Source: Acetobacteraceae bacterium
GTDB lineage: Bacteria; Pseudomonadota; Alphaproteobacteria; Acetobacterales; Acetobacteraceae
Length of the DNA stretch: 64,000 nucleotides
Reading direction: 5' to 3'
Assembly: GCA_044358135.1 (NCBI GenBank)
Contig: JBIKOJ010000002.1
Location: 10,922-74,921 of the forward strand
The notes under the pieces were generated by a model that worked only from the letters and a program-made list of their open reading frames with translations, had not been told where the DNA came from and ran no database searches. Within the stretch, counting starts at the first letter, position 1; every line of letters starts with the position of its first letter. Positions 16,982-26,046 of this stretch are shown piece by piece. Position numbers and translations under genes: made by a program.

Positions 16982-18679
16982 CTACCGCCCCGGCACCAGC
17001 GCCTGCACCCGCCCGGCCAACACCCCCAGCGTGAACGGCTTGTGCAGCAACTGCGCGCCTTCGGGCAGCGGCCGGCCGGGGCCGAGGGCGGTGCCGGCGT
17101 AGCCGGTGATCAGCAGGATGGGCAGGGCGGGGTGCAGGGCGCGGGCGGCTTCGGCCAGTTGGCGGCCGTTCATGCCGCCAGGCAGGCCGATATCGGCCAC
17201 CAGGATATCCGGCGCGGGGCCGGCGCGCAGCTTCTCCAGCCCCTCTGCCCCGCTGGCGGCCTGCTGCACCTGCCAGCCGAGGTCGCGCAGGGCCTCCGCC
17301 AGGGCGTCGCGCACCTGGGGCTCGTCATCCACCAGCAGGGCGCGCGGGACGTGCGGGCGGGGCGGGGCGGTGGGGATCGCCACGGCGGGGACCGGGGCGG
17401 CGTCGTCGCGCGCGCAGGGCAGATAGAGATGGAAGATTGCGCCCTGGCCCGGGGCGCTGACGGCGCGCAGCACGCCGCCGGACTGGGCGACAAAGCCCCA
17501 GACCTGGGACAGGCCGAGCCCGGTGCCGCGGCCGGCCGGCTTGGTGGTGAAGAACGGATCGAAGGCGCGGGCGAGCACATCCTCCGACATGCCCATGCCG
17601 GTATCGGCCATGGTGATGCAGACGAAGCGGCCAGGGCGCGCCGCGGCGAAGCCGACCAGTTGCGCGGTGGCCAGGTCCATGGTCTCGATGGACACGGTGA
17701 GGGTCCCACAGCCGCGCGGCAGCATGGCGTCGCGTGCGTTGAGGGCGAGGTTGACCAGCGCGCTTTCCAGCTGCTCCCGGTCGCACAGCATCGCCGCGCA
17801 GCCGGGATCGGGGCTCAGCGCCACGGCGATGTCCGGCCCCACCGTCTGGCGCAGCAGGCCGGCAATGTCGTGGAGCAGGGTGCAGGGATCGACGGGCTGG
17901 GGCAGCAGGGTCTGGCGGCGGGAGAAGGCGAGCAGGCGCTGGGTGAGGCTGGCGGCGCGGTCGATGCCGCGCAGTACGGCGTCGAGGTAGCGCAGCGCGT
18001 CCTCCGGCCGGTTCTGCGCCAGGCGGCGGCGCATCAGCTCGATCCCGCTCGCGAAGCCCTGGAGCATGTTGTTGAAGTCGTGCGCGATTCCGCCGGTGAG
18101 CTGGCCGATGGCCTGCATCTTCTGCGCATGGCGCAGCGCATCCTCCGCATGCTCGCGTTCGGCGATCAGCTCGCGCAGGCGCAGGTTGGCCTCATCCGCG
18201 GCGCGCAGGCGCAGCTTGTGCTGGGTGAGGTCGGTAAGCACGCCGCAGAGCAGCTTGCCGCCATCGGCGCCGGCGAGCGGGTTGAGGGAGGCGAAGATGG
18301 GCACCTCCACGCCGTCGGTGCGCTGCAGGGTGAGCTCGCCGCGGCAGCCGATGCGGCCGGCCTGGGCGAGCAGGCGGCGCCAGGCGGGGCCGTCGCGCGG
18401 GACCATGAAGTCGGCGAGGTCCTGGCCGACCACCCGGTCGGGCGGGAGGCCCAGCAGCTCCGCCACGCGGCGGTTGGCGTAGGACAGCACGCCGTCTGGG
18501 GAGAGGGTGACCGCGCCTTCCTGCATCTGCTCGATAAGGTGGCGGAAGGGGGGATCGGGCACCACCGAGGGAAGGGGCGCGGCGGTTGCCGTCTCTGCCG
18601 GCGGCGGGCGCGGGCGCGCCGCTGCGGCGGGATCGGCCGTGGGCGTGGCGCACAACGGCATGTCAGTTCCCCGACTCAT
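16982..18679 (-). CDS. Hybrid sensor histidine kinase/response regulator (PAS-HisKA-HATPase-REC)
   Basis: H-box GGIAHDFNNML, N/G boxes (DTGMGM, GTGLGLS) and a C-terminal REC (LLVDDE...DIGLPGGMNG). The start is uncertain: ATG 18679 or 18661, with the track ORF reaching 18865. Confidence 0.88.
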   Translation of the reverse strand: MSRGTDMPLCATPTADPAAAARPRPPPAETATAAPLPSVVPDPPFRHLIEQMQEGAVTLSPDGVLSYANRRVAELLGLPPDRVVGQDLADFMVPRDGPAWRRLLAQAGRIGCRGELTLQRTDGVEVPIFASLNPLAGADGGKLLCGVLTDLTQHKLRLRAADEANLRLRELIAEREHAEDALRHAQKMQAIGQLTGGIAHDFNNMLQGFASGIELMRRRLAQNRPEDALRYLDAVLRGIDRAASLTQRLLAFSRRQTLLPQPVDPCTLLHDIAGLLRQTVGPDIAVALSPDPGCAAMLCDREQLESALVNLALNARDAMLPRGCGTLTVSIETMDLATAQLVGFAAARPGRFVCITMADTGMGMSEDVLARAFDPFFTTKPAGRGTGLGLSQVWGFVAQSGGVLRAVSAPGQGAIFHLYLPCARDDAAPVPAVAIPTAPPRPHVPRALLVDDEPQVRDALAEALRDLGWQVQQAASGAEGLEKLRAGPAPDILVADIGLPGGMNGRQLAEAARALHPALPILLITGYAGTALGPGRPLPEGAQLLHKPFTLGVLAGRVQALVPGR

Positions 18680-18978
18680 GGACCATGGCTGGTCATGCCG
18701 GCGCCGGCTGGCGGGCATGTCGGGCTTTGCGAGAGGGCGGTGTGCACAGGCGGCCGCCATCCGGGAAAGGGCGGGGCATCGGCGTCGGTCGCAGCAGGTG
18801 CAATTGCTTGCGACAGTGTCATGAATACGGACCTTGGCGGGGGACAGGGTGCCGCCGGAATCCAATGCAGACTAAGGCATGATGGCGTGCGCCTCCTTGT
18901 CACGCCTTCGTGATTTCGCTCGCGACTGGCAGGGCGGCCGCAGCCGCCCCGCCAGGGAGAACGGGAGGCGCCGTGGCG

Positions 18979-19464
18979 TCAGGCCGCCAGGGCCGTGCGG
19001 TTGACGGTGACGGCCATCTGGTTGAGCAGCGTGTCGGTCTTCTTCTCCTCGTCCAGGGTTTCCTGCAGGAGCTGGGCGATCTGTTCGTTGCCGAGTGCCT
19101 TGGCCCAGGCAACCAGGGCGCCGTAGCGCGCCATCTCGTAGTGCTCCACGGCCTGGGCCGTGGCGATCAGCCCGGCATCGCGCACCGGGGAGGGCTGGGG
19201 CGACATTTCCAGCAGCTCCTCGCTTTCCTCCATCAGGCCGTTGATCGCCTCGCAGGTCTTGCCCTGGGCGCGCTTGCCGACGATCTCGAAGACCTGGCGC
19301 AGGCGATCAACCTGCTGCTCCGTCTCCTCGCGGTGGTGCATGAAGGCTTCGCGCAGCTTCGGGTCGGACGCAGCCTTGGCGAGCTTGGGCAGCGCCTTCA
19401 GGATCTGGCGTTCGGCGAAGAAGATGTCCTTCAGGGTATCGAGAAACAGGTCTTCCAGGCGCAT
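18979..19464 (-). CDS. DUF892 (YciF/YciE-like) ferritin-like stress protein
   Basis: ATG 19464 lies 6 nt after GGAG. Motif LEDLFLDTLKDIFFAERQILKALPK...HHREETEQQVDRL...AVEHYEMARYGALVAWA. Confidence 0.85.
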   Translation of the reverse strand: MRLEDLFLDTLKDIFFAERQILKALPKLAKAASDPKLREAFMHHREETEQQVDRLRQVFEIVGKRAQGKTCEAINGLMEESEELLEMSPQPSPVRDAGLIATAQAVEHYEMARYGALVAWAKALGNEQIAQLLQETLDEEKKTDTLLNQMAVTVNRTALAA

Positions 19465-19496
19465 GGCGTGCTCCATTGGTTGCCGTTGGCCTTGGC

Positions 19497-19521
19497 AACG
19501 CCGCATGCGGGGGTGGGTTCC
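19497..19521 (-). promoter_or_regulatory. EcfG-type promoter GGAAC-N16-CGTT (minus strand)
   Basis: On the minus strand: GGAAC (19521-19517), a 16-nt spacer, CGTT (19500-19497). It lies about 33 nt upstream of the yciF-like ATG. Confidence 0.6.
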
Positions 19522-19555
19522 GGGGGGAGAGCGTTCGTTCCGGACGTGGAAGACG

Positions 19556-19701
19556 GAAGGAAAGCAAGGATGTTCTTTTTTGAAAAAAAGAACCAAAAAA
19601 CTTTCATCCCTTTGCACCGCATCCATCCGGGAGGGATGGGTGCAAAGGGATAAAGTCTTTTTGCTTCTTTTTCTTCAGAAAAAGAAGATTGCTTTCTTCC
19701 C
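19556..19701 (-). repeat. Composite intergenic element, copy E4
   Basis: B' hairpin, nested central hairpin ATCCCTTTGCACC...GGTGCAAAGGGAT, then A' hairpin. The right end abuts the TAA of the amidase gene. Confidence 0.9.
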
Positions 19702-21090
19702 TTACCCCAAATCCGGCATCGGGAAAGGCTGGGCCACCTCGATCGCCCGGGCGGCGCGCAGGACCATGTCGTCGCGGTACAGGGCGCCGGCGAGCTGGAT
19801 CGAGCGGGGCAGGCCGTTGGGGGAGAAGCCCATCGGTACCGTGATCGCCGGCTGGCGGGTGAGGTTGGCGAAGGCCGTCCAGGGTGCCCAGCTGGACCAC
19901 AGGGCCTCCACCGGGTTGTGCGTGCCGGCCTCGGCCAGCGGGGGCGGGTTGGGGACGGTGGGGCTCAGGATCAGGTCGTAGCGCTGCATGAAGCGGGCCA
20001 TGCGGTGGGCGGCCTGGATGCGGCTGGCCTCGAACTCCATGAAGTCCTCGGCGGAAAGACCCTTGTTGGCGGCGGCAACCTCCAGCAGGCCGGGGTCCAG
20101 CATGTGGCGGCGGGTTTCCGGGAAGGAGTGCACGAGGCGGGTGAGCGCGATGCCCCAGACGCGGCTGAAGATGGCGCGGGTATCGGGCAGGCCGGGATCG
20201 GCTTCCTCCACTTCCGCGCCGAGATCCTGCAGCAGCTGGGCGGCCTGTTCCACGGCGGCGATGCTCTCCCAATCCACCGGGGCATCGAAGCCCGGGCGGC
20301 GCATGACGGCGACCTTGAGGCCGGCGATGCCCTGCTCGATGCCGTCGCGCCGGTCCCGGTTGTCGTCCGGCAGGCTGTAGGGGTCGCGCAGGTCGTGGCG
20401 GCCGATCACGTTCAGCATCAGGGCGCAGTCGCGCACGGTGCGGGTCATCGGGCCGGCGACGGCCACCGCGGCGAAGGCGCCGAGCGGCCATTGCGGCACG
20501 CGGCCGAAGGTCGGTTTCAGGCCCACCACGCCGCACCAGGCGGCGGGCAGGCGGATGGAGCCGCCGGCATCGGTGCCCAGGTGCAACGCACCGAAGCCGG
20601 CCGCCGCGGCAGCCCCGGCCCCGGCGGAGCTGCCGCCCGGGGTGTGGTGGAAGTTCCAGGGGTTGCGGGTGATGCCGTGCAGCGGGCAGTCGCCGGGGGT
20701 TTTCCAGCCGAACTCGGTGGTGGTGGTCTTGCCGACGATCACCGCCCCGGCGCTGCGCAGCGCCATGGCGATCGGCGCGTCCTCCGCCGCCGCGGCGGTG
20801 TCGGACAGGCGGGAGCCGCGGCGGGTGGGCAGGCCGGCGACGTCCACCAAATCCTTGATGGTGACGGGCACGCCATCCAGCTTGCCGATCGGACGGCCGG
20901 CGCGCCAGCGGGCCGCACTCTCGCCGGCCTGGGCCAGGGAGTGCGGGTTCATCACCGCGAAGGCGTTGATGCTGGGGTTGAGGCGGGCCACGCGCTCGGT
21001 CACGGCCTGCAGCACCTCCACCGGGGAGAGGGCGGTGCGGGCATAGGCGGCGAGCAGTTCCTCGGCCGTCATCTGCGTGGGGTCGGACAT
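19702..21090 (-). CDS. Amidase (amidase-signature family)
   Basis: ATG 21090 with an AGGAG SD. Signature GGSSAGAGAAAAAG...GTDAGGSIRLPA. Confidence 0.92.
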   Translation of the reverse strand: MSDPTQMTAEELLAAYARTALSPVEVLQAVTERVARLNPSINAFAVMNPHSLAQAGESAARWRAGRPIGKLDGVPVTIKDLVDVAGLPTRRGSRLSDTAAAAEDAPIAMALRSAGAVIVGKTTTTEFGWKTPGDCPLHGITRNPWNFHHTPGGSSAGAGAAAAAGFGALHLGTDAGGSIRLPAAWCGVVGLKPTFGRVPQWPLGAFAAVAVAGPMTRTVRDCALMLNVIGRHDLRDPYSLPDDNRDRRDGIEQGIAGLKVAVMRRPGFDAPVDWESIAAVEQAAQLLQDLGAEVEEADPGLPDTRAIFSRVWGIALTRLVHSFPETRRHMLDPGLLEVAAANKGLSAEDFMEFEASRIQAAHRMARFMQRYDLILSPTVPNPPPLAEAGTHNPVEALWSSWAPWTAFANLTRQPAITVPMGFSPNGLPRSIQLAGALYRDDMVLRAARAIEVAQPFPMPDLG

Positions 21091-21184
21091 GGGTTCTCCT
21101 GCTGCTCGTGCCATCGCCGCGTGTTGCCCGAAACACGGGTGGGAGGCAGCATAGGGATCACGCCGGCCAAGGAAACCCCGCACG

Positions 21185-22111
21185 ATGGACGAAGAGCTCC
21201 CCGACAACCCGCACGGCGAACCCTGGCAGTGGCCGGAACAGGTGTGGCGCCCGATCGTGGAGCGGGTGCGGGCGGGCCGGAGCCTGGCGCCTTCGTCCTG
21301 GCCCGGCGGGGCGCGCTGCGCGGTGGCGATCTCCTTCGATGCCGACCACGAGACGATCCCGCTGCGCGATTCCGACGAGAGCCCGATGCGGATCAGCCAG
21401 GGCCAGTACGGCTCGCGGCGCGGCATCCCGCGCATCCGCGACCTGCTGCAGCGCGAGGCGATTCCGGCCACCTTCTTCTACCCCGCCGTCTCCGCCCTGC
21501 TGCACCCGGACGAGGTGCGCGGGATCGCGCGCGACGGGCACGAGATCGGCATCCATTCCTGGATCCACGAGCGCAACGCCACCCTGCCCTTCGAGGCGGA
21601 GCGCGACCTGTCGCTGCGCGCGGCGGAGGTGCTCGATACGCTGGCCGGGCGGCCCTGCGTGGGGATGCGCACGGCAAGCTGGGATTTCTCGCCGCACACG
21701 CTGGTGATCATCAAGGAGATGGGGCTGCTGTACGACAGCTCCCTGATGGCGGATGACGAGCCGTACGAGCTGATGAGCGACAACGAGCCGTCCGGCGTGG
21801 TGGAGCTGCCGCCGGAGTGGATCCGCGACGATGCGGTATACTTCAACATGCACCGTTTCAGCGCGCTGCGGCCCTATACGCCCCCGTCCGCGGTGGAGGA
21901 GATCTTCATCGCCGAGTTCGAGGGCGCCTGGGCGGAGGGCGGGCTGTTCCTGCTGACCATGCATCCCCATGTGATCGGGCATCGCAGCCGCATGCCGGTG
22001 CTGCAGCGGCTGGTGGCGCACATGAAGGCGCGCGGCGGGTGCTGGTTCGGCACGCATGAGCAGGTGGCGCGCTGGTGCCTGGAGCAGGCGCCGGCGGCGG
22101 TGCTGGCGTGA
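21185..22111 (+). CDS. Polysaccharide deacetylase family protein (PuuE-like)
   Basis: NodB-type pattern AISFDADHE...HSWIHE. Length 308 aa. Confidence 0.85.
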   Translation: MDEELPDNPHGEPWQWPEQVWRPIVERVRAGRSLAPSSWPGGARCAVAISFDADHETIPLRDSDESPMRISQGQYGSRRGIPRIRDLLQREAIPATFFYPAVSALLHPDEVRGIARDGHEIGIHSWIHERNATLPFEAERDLSLRAAEVLDTLAGRPCVGMRTASWDFSPHTLVIIKEMGLLYDSSLMADDEPYELMSDNEPSGVVELPPEWIRDDAVYFNMHRFSALRPYTPPSAVEEIFIAEFEGAWAEGGLFLLTMHPHVIGHRSRMPVLQRLVAHMKARGGCWFGTHEQVARWCLEQAPAAVLA

Positions 22112-22132
22112 CATCGTGAAGGGGAAGAGCCG

Positions 22133-22378
22133 ATGAAGTCCTGGGCGCAACGCAACCCCTTCCTGGCGCGCGTGCTGCTGCGCTTCGTGCTGCGGCTGGG
22201 GGTGGCGCTGGCGGTGGTGTTCCCGGCGATGCCGCTGGCCGAGCGCTACGGCGTGAGCCCGAACGTGGCCGCGATCGCCGCGGTGGTGATCGGGCTGGTG
22301 TTGGGGGCGAAGCTGGCGGAGATGGTGGCGGCCGCCTGGGGGCTGCCGGACGAGGTGAAGCCCGGCAAGCGTGAGTGA
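22133..22378 (+). CDS. Small membrane protein, hypothetical
   Basis: Two hydrophobic helices. High GC3. About 20 nt after the upstream stop. Confidence 0.55.
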   Translation: MKSWAQRNPFLARVLLRFVLRLGVALAVVFPAMPLAERYGVSPNVAAIAAVVIGLVLGAKLAEMVAAAWGLPDEVKPGKRE

Positions 22379-22405
22379 GGGAAGGCAGGTGAGGAGGATG
22401 GCACG

Positions 22406-22810
22406 ATGAACGACGCTGAAGACATGGCGGGTGCGCGTGCCTGCATGGACGGCTTCATGGAGGCGTTCAACCGCGAGGATCTGCAGGCGCTGCGGGAGAA
22501 GTGGTTCCACTACCCGCATGTGCGCTTCCACAGCGGCAAGGTAACGATCTTCCAGACCGCCGAGGAGCATCGCAACAACCTGGTGTGGCAGCAGCGCGAC
22601 GCTGCCCGCGGGCAATCGGCGGGCTGGGCGCGCACGGCGTGGGACTATGTGGAACCGATCGACGCCGCCGCGGGCAAGGTGCATTTCCGGGTGCAGTTCA
22701 CCCGCTATCGCGCCGATGGCTCGGCGATCGGCAGCTACAAGTCGCTGTATATCGTCACGTTCAAGGACGGGCGCTGGGGAATCCAAGGGCGGTCGAGCTG
22801 GGCCGAATAG
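22406..22810 (+). CDS. NTF2-like fold hypothetical protein (its 3' end is the left direct repeat)
   Basis: Pattern ACMDGFMEAFNREDLQALREKWF...KVHFRVQFTRYRADGS...IVTFKDGRWGIQGRS. Confidence 0.7.
   Translation: MNDAEDMAGARACMDGFMEAFNREDLQALREKWFHYPHVRFHSGKVTIFQTAEEHRNNLVWQQRDAARGQSAGWARTAWDYVEPIDAAAGKVHFRVQFTRYRADGSAIGSYKSLYIVTFKDGRWGIQGRSSWAE
22627..22809 (+). repeat. Direct repeat, left copy (DR-L)
   Basis: Matches 26047-26229 at a constant offset of 3420 bp, with 4 mismatches counted by eye (22639, 22646, 22750, 22786). Confidence 0.95.
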
Positions 22811-22814
22811 GCGG

Positions 22815-25800
22815 TCACTGGCGGGTCGGCGGGACAGGCGGGCAGGCGCGCTCGGGGAAGAAGCCGAGGATCGGGACGGCGTAGCCCCGGCGCAGCTCGA
22901 TGCGCTGGCCTTCGTCGGTCCAGCGCAGCAGGCGAAGGCATTCGTGGCGGTACTCGGTCCAGAGCGAACTGAGGGCGAAGACGCCGAGATAGCCCAGCGA
23001 CTCGCCGGTTTCGGCGTTCCAGGCATCGGTGTGACCGCCGGCGCGTTGCGCCAGGACGAGGCGGTTGTCGTGGCTGAAGTATGTTCGGGTAAGGTCGCTG
23101 AGTGTGGCGGCAGTGAGCAGCGATGCCGTTCCAGCTGAGTGGTCGAGGCGCCAGAGCTCGAACCGGTCGCGGGCGTCGGCACGGACGACAACTGCGCGAT
23201 CGTAGGACTGGGAGAACTGGAGTTCGTCGTTCGATCCCACGCGCAACCCGGCAGCCGCAATGGGTTGGGAGCGCGATTTTGGCCAGACCATCAGATGCCC
23301 GAGGCTCTCATGTGCCCAACTGACATGGGGCGCGCCGCTCCAGTAAGTCGTTCGCGGCGAAGGCCCGAACGGCGTGATCGCATCGCCGAAGCGGCCCACG
23401 GCTAGGTCGAGCGGCCACAGCATATCTCCGACCGGTCGATAGTGGATGAACATCAGCGTGCTGGCACCCGAGAGGTAGGCCCAATCGACACTCACGGTCG
23501 GGGCACCTGGCTGCCCGCGCCCTGTTCCGGCAAGAATGGGGAGTGCGGGGTCGGTCGGTACATGACGGGGTGCAGACACATCGAAACCCGGTGCATCTCC
23601 CTTGGGTCGGTAGCGAATATCCGTGATCGCGATGCTGCCGTCCTGCTTCGACACGACGAGCCACGCCAACTCAGGCTCGGCACCGTGGCCGAACAGGCCG
23701 AGCAGGCGATCGCCATCCGCCAGTTCGCGCTTCAGGACGGTCTTGCCTGTTTGCGGAGACATGAGAACGAGAGTGAGCGTTTCGTCACCCACGAGGACCC
23801 ATCCGCGAAGATAACGGGCAGCAAAAGGACTCCGCTCAACCCCTCCGCCGAAACCGTCTTGTTTCTTCCTTTCAACCGTTTCACTCCAGAATATCCCAGC
23901 GTTATTCTGGAAATTTATTCCAATCCAATTGCCATAATTCACGCCTTCGACTTCGAATTCTATGATATTCGGATCCTTATAATGATCATTATATTGCGCC
24001 GGACTAGAAATCCTTGGCAAGGCCAATAGCCCCCCGAGACGGTACGCGGGATCCGGGTCAATGCGTCTCTCAACATTGGATTTCGGATCCCATCCAACCA
24101 TCCCTTCATGCGGTGCACCGGACCAAAGCGTATCGGAGCGATGGTATCGGAAGAAGCGTTCCCGACGCAGGTGAAGTCTGGCGCCGGAGTCCAGGCTCCA
24201 CACCGACGAGGGGAACTGTTCATTATTCGAGTGGGCGGCGACCATCAGCAGGTGGCGCTCGCTGGCGGCGCCGAAAGGTGTCACGGAAAGGCTATAGGCG
24301 GAACGCCCCGGTTGACCGTCCCAATGGCTGCCCGGCGGATCGACAGGCTGCCACCGGCGCTCCGTCGCAAGAGCGAGAACCCCAACAGTGGCCAAGGTGC
24401 CGATGGCCAGGGTGGTAAGGGCCGGGCGGCCGTAGCCGTACAGCAGGCTGCGCCGCAAAATGGTGCGGGCCTCGGCACGCTGGAGCAGCGCCGGCGGGGC
24501 GTGGCGGCGGATGGTGCGCAGGTTGGCCAACGGGATCAGCTTGCGGCGGCCGGCGCGGATCTCGGCGAGATGGAACTCTAGCTCGTTGGCCGCCGATTCC
24601 GCCTGCGTCGACTGCTCCTCGGTGGCAATGCGGATCGGCTGGACCAGATAGTCGTGAATCAGCGACCAGGCGCGCGACCCGGCAGCGTTGGTGGCAACAA
24701 CCACTCGGCCCTGTTCCAGAAGCTCCATTACGCCGGCCACCTGCGCCTCGGTGACCCTCGGCCCGGGGGCCCCTTCGCGGGCGCGGGCGGCGAGATCGGC
24801 GGCGGCCTGCGGCTGCGGCACCTTCTTGTTGGCCGGCATGTCGCAGAGCTGGCGCAGCAACGCGCGGGTAAGCACCGGCTCGCCGGTGGCTTCGATGATG
24901 GTGCGCAGGTACCGCGAGCGCAGGCCGGGGGCACCGCCCTGGCGGCGGTAGTGGTCGACGGTCAGGGTTCCGTGCAGGGCGCCGCAGACCACCTGGAGGT
25001 CGGCGGGGCGGACCGTGTCCTCCACTGCAAGGTCGCGCGCGATCAGCCCCGGCAGCGCGTCGTCGAGAACCAGCCCGTCGCGCCCGGCGCACTCGCGGAT
25101 CACGTCCTGCGCTTCGCCGGCGGTGAAGTTCGCCACCGCAACCGTGTCCTGCAGGGCGATGCCGGCCGGCAGGCGGGCGGCAACCTCACGCATGTCGGCC
25201 AGGAACTCCTTGCGCATGCCGATCACCAGGCGAACCGGTCGCGCCATCAGGTCGGCCAACAGGGCGCCAAGGGCTTCGCGTTCTGCCGGGGCGCGGAAGC
25301 GCGTCAATGGCTCCTCGAACTGGTCAAGGATCAGGAAGGCGTGCTTGCCGGCTGCCGGCACGAGGGCATCGGCGCTGCGGCGCAGCTCGGCCAGAGTTGC
25401 GGCAAAAGCGTCGGCCGCGGACTGGCCTGGGGTTGGCCGGGCGAAGCGGTACACCAGCGCCGCGGCATGCCCGTCGCGGCGCAGCGCGGCGAGCAGGCCG
25501 CATTCCAGCTGCGAACTCTTGCCGGCGCCGCTTTCGCCGTGCACGACCATGATCGCGCGGTCCGGCTCCAATGCAAGCCGCGCCAGTTCGGCGGTGGCAC
25601 TGCGGCGCTGCGCGCCCGGCAGGGTGTCGCCTTCGCGAAACCGGCTCAGGCCGCGAAAGGCGAGCCCCTCGCGCGCCTGGGGGGCAAGGGCCTCGCGGGC
25701 CTCGGTGCGCACGGCCTCGCGGCTGCGCCGCCGGGCAAGAAGGTAGACGGTCGCCCCAAGCCCGACGGCGAGGAGCGCCCCCGCGACAATCGGGGCCCAT

Positions 25801-25943
25801 TGCTCCGGCAGGCTGAAGCCGGACGCCAAGGCAAGGGCAATGGCCCCAAATGCCGGGCCGAGTTCCCTCTTGGCTCGCTCGGCCAGATCCAGGACCTGGC
25901 GCACCCGATCGAAATAACTGCCAGGCGGCACCGGATCGCTCAT
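22815..25943 (-). CDS. Membrane-anchored STAND-like (nSTAND/NACHT-type) P-loop NTPase with an unassigned ~510-aa C-terminal domain
   Basis: 1042 aa from ATG 25943. Two N-terminal hydrophobic helices (aa ~31-70). FRGLSRFREGD, Walker A VVHGESGAGKSS (nt ~25515-25538) and Walker B AFLILDQFEE (nt ~25311-25340). A third helix at aa ~507-527. The C-terminal region contains a repeated WSGAPH motif. Confidence 0.85.
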   Translation of the reverse strand: MSDPVPPGSYFDRVRQVLDLAERAKRELGPAFGAIALALASGFSLPEQWAPIVAGALLAVGLGATVYLLARRRSREAVRTEAREALAPQAREGLAFRGLSRFREGDTLPGAQRRSATAELARLALEPDRAIMVVHGESGAGKSSQLECGLLAALRRDGHAAALVYRFARPTPGQSAADAFAATLAELRRSADALVPAAGKHAFLILDQFEEPLTRFRAPAEREALGALLADLMARPVRLVIGMRKEFLADMREVAARLPAGIALQDTVAVANFTAGEAQDVIRECAGRDGLVLDDALPGLIARDLAVEDTVRPADLQVVCGALHGTLTVDHYRRQGGAPGLRSRYLRTIIEATGEPVLTRALLRQLCDMPANKKVPQPQAAADLAARAREGAPGPRVTEAQVAGVMELLEQGRVVVATNAAGSRAWSLIHDYLVQPIRIATEEQSTQAESAANELEFHLAEIRAGRRKLIPLANLRTIRRHAPPALLQRAEARTILRRSLLYGYGRPALTTLAIGTLATVGVLALATERRWQPVDPPGSHWDGQPGRSAYSLSVTPFGAASERHLLMVAAHSNNEQFPSSVWSLDSGARLHLRRERFFRYHRSDTLWSGAPHEGMVGWDPKSNVERRIDPDPAYRLGGLLALPRISSPAQYNDHYKDPNIIEFEVEGVNYGNWIGINFQNNAGIFWSETVERKKQDGFGGGVERSPFAARYLRGWVLVGDETLTLVLMSPQTGKTVLKRELADGDRLLGLFGHGAEPELAWLVVSKQDGSIAITDIRYRPKGDAPGFDVSAPRHVPTDPALPILAGTGRGQPGAPTVSVDWAYLSGASTLMFIHYRPVGDMLWPLDLAVGRFGDAITPFGPSPRTTYWSGAPHVSWAHESLGHLMVWPKSRSQPIAAAGLRVGSNDELQFSQSYDRAVVVRADARDRFELWRLDHSAGTASLLTAATLSDLTRTYFSHDNRLVLAQRAGGHTDAWNAETGESLGYLGVFALSSLWTEYRHECLRLLRWTDEGQRIELRRGYAVPILGFFPERACPPVPPTRQ

Positions 25944-26046
25944 GCGGGGCTGATCATTGCCATTGGACCTTCCGCTGAAACAACGAGCGAATACTGCGCA
26001 GGGGCGGCCAGGGGCGCAAGCGGTGGCGCCGGCCGTTCCGCCAGTT

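Noticed and set aside
22811-26046. Integrase, transposase, toxin-antitoxin or additional small partner genes inside the island
   Set aside because: No other ORF has a plausible start, SD or motif. All overlapping track ORFs are alternate-frame artefacts of the 1042-aa gene. The only extra candidate is the 7-codon uORF.
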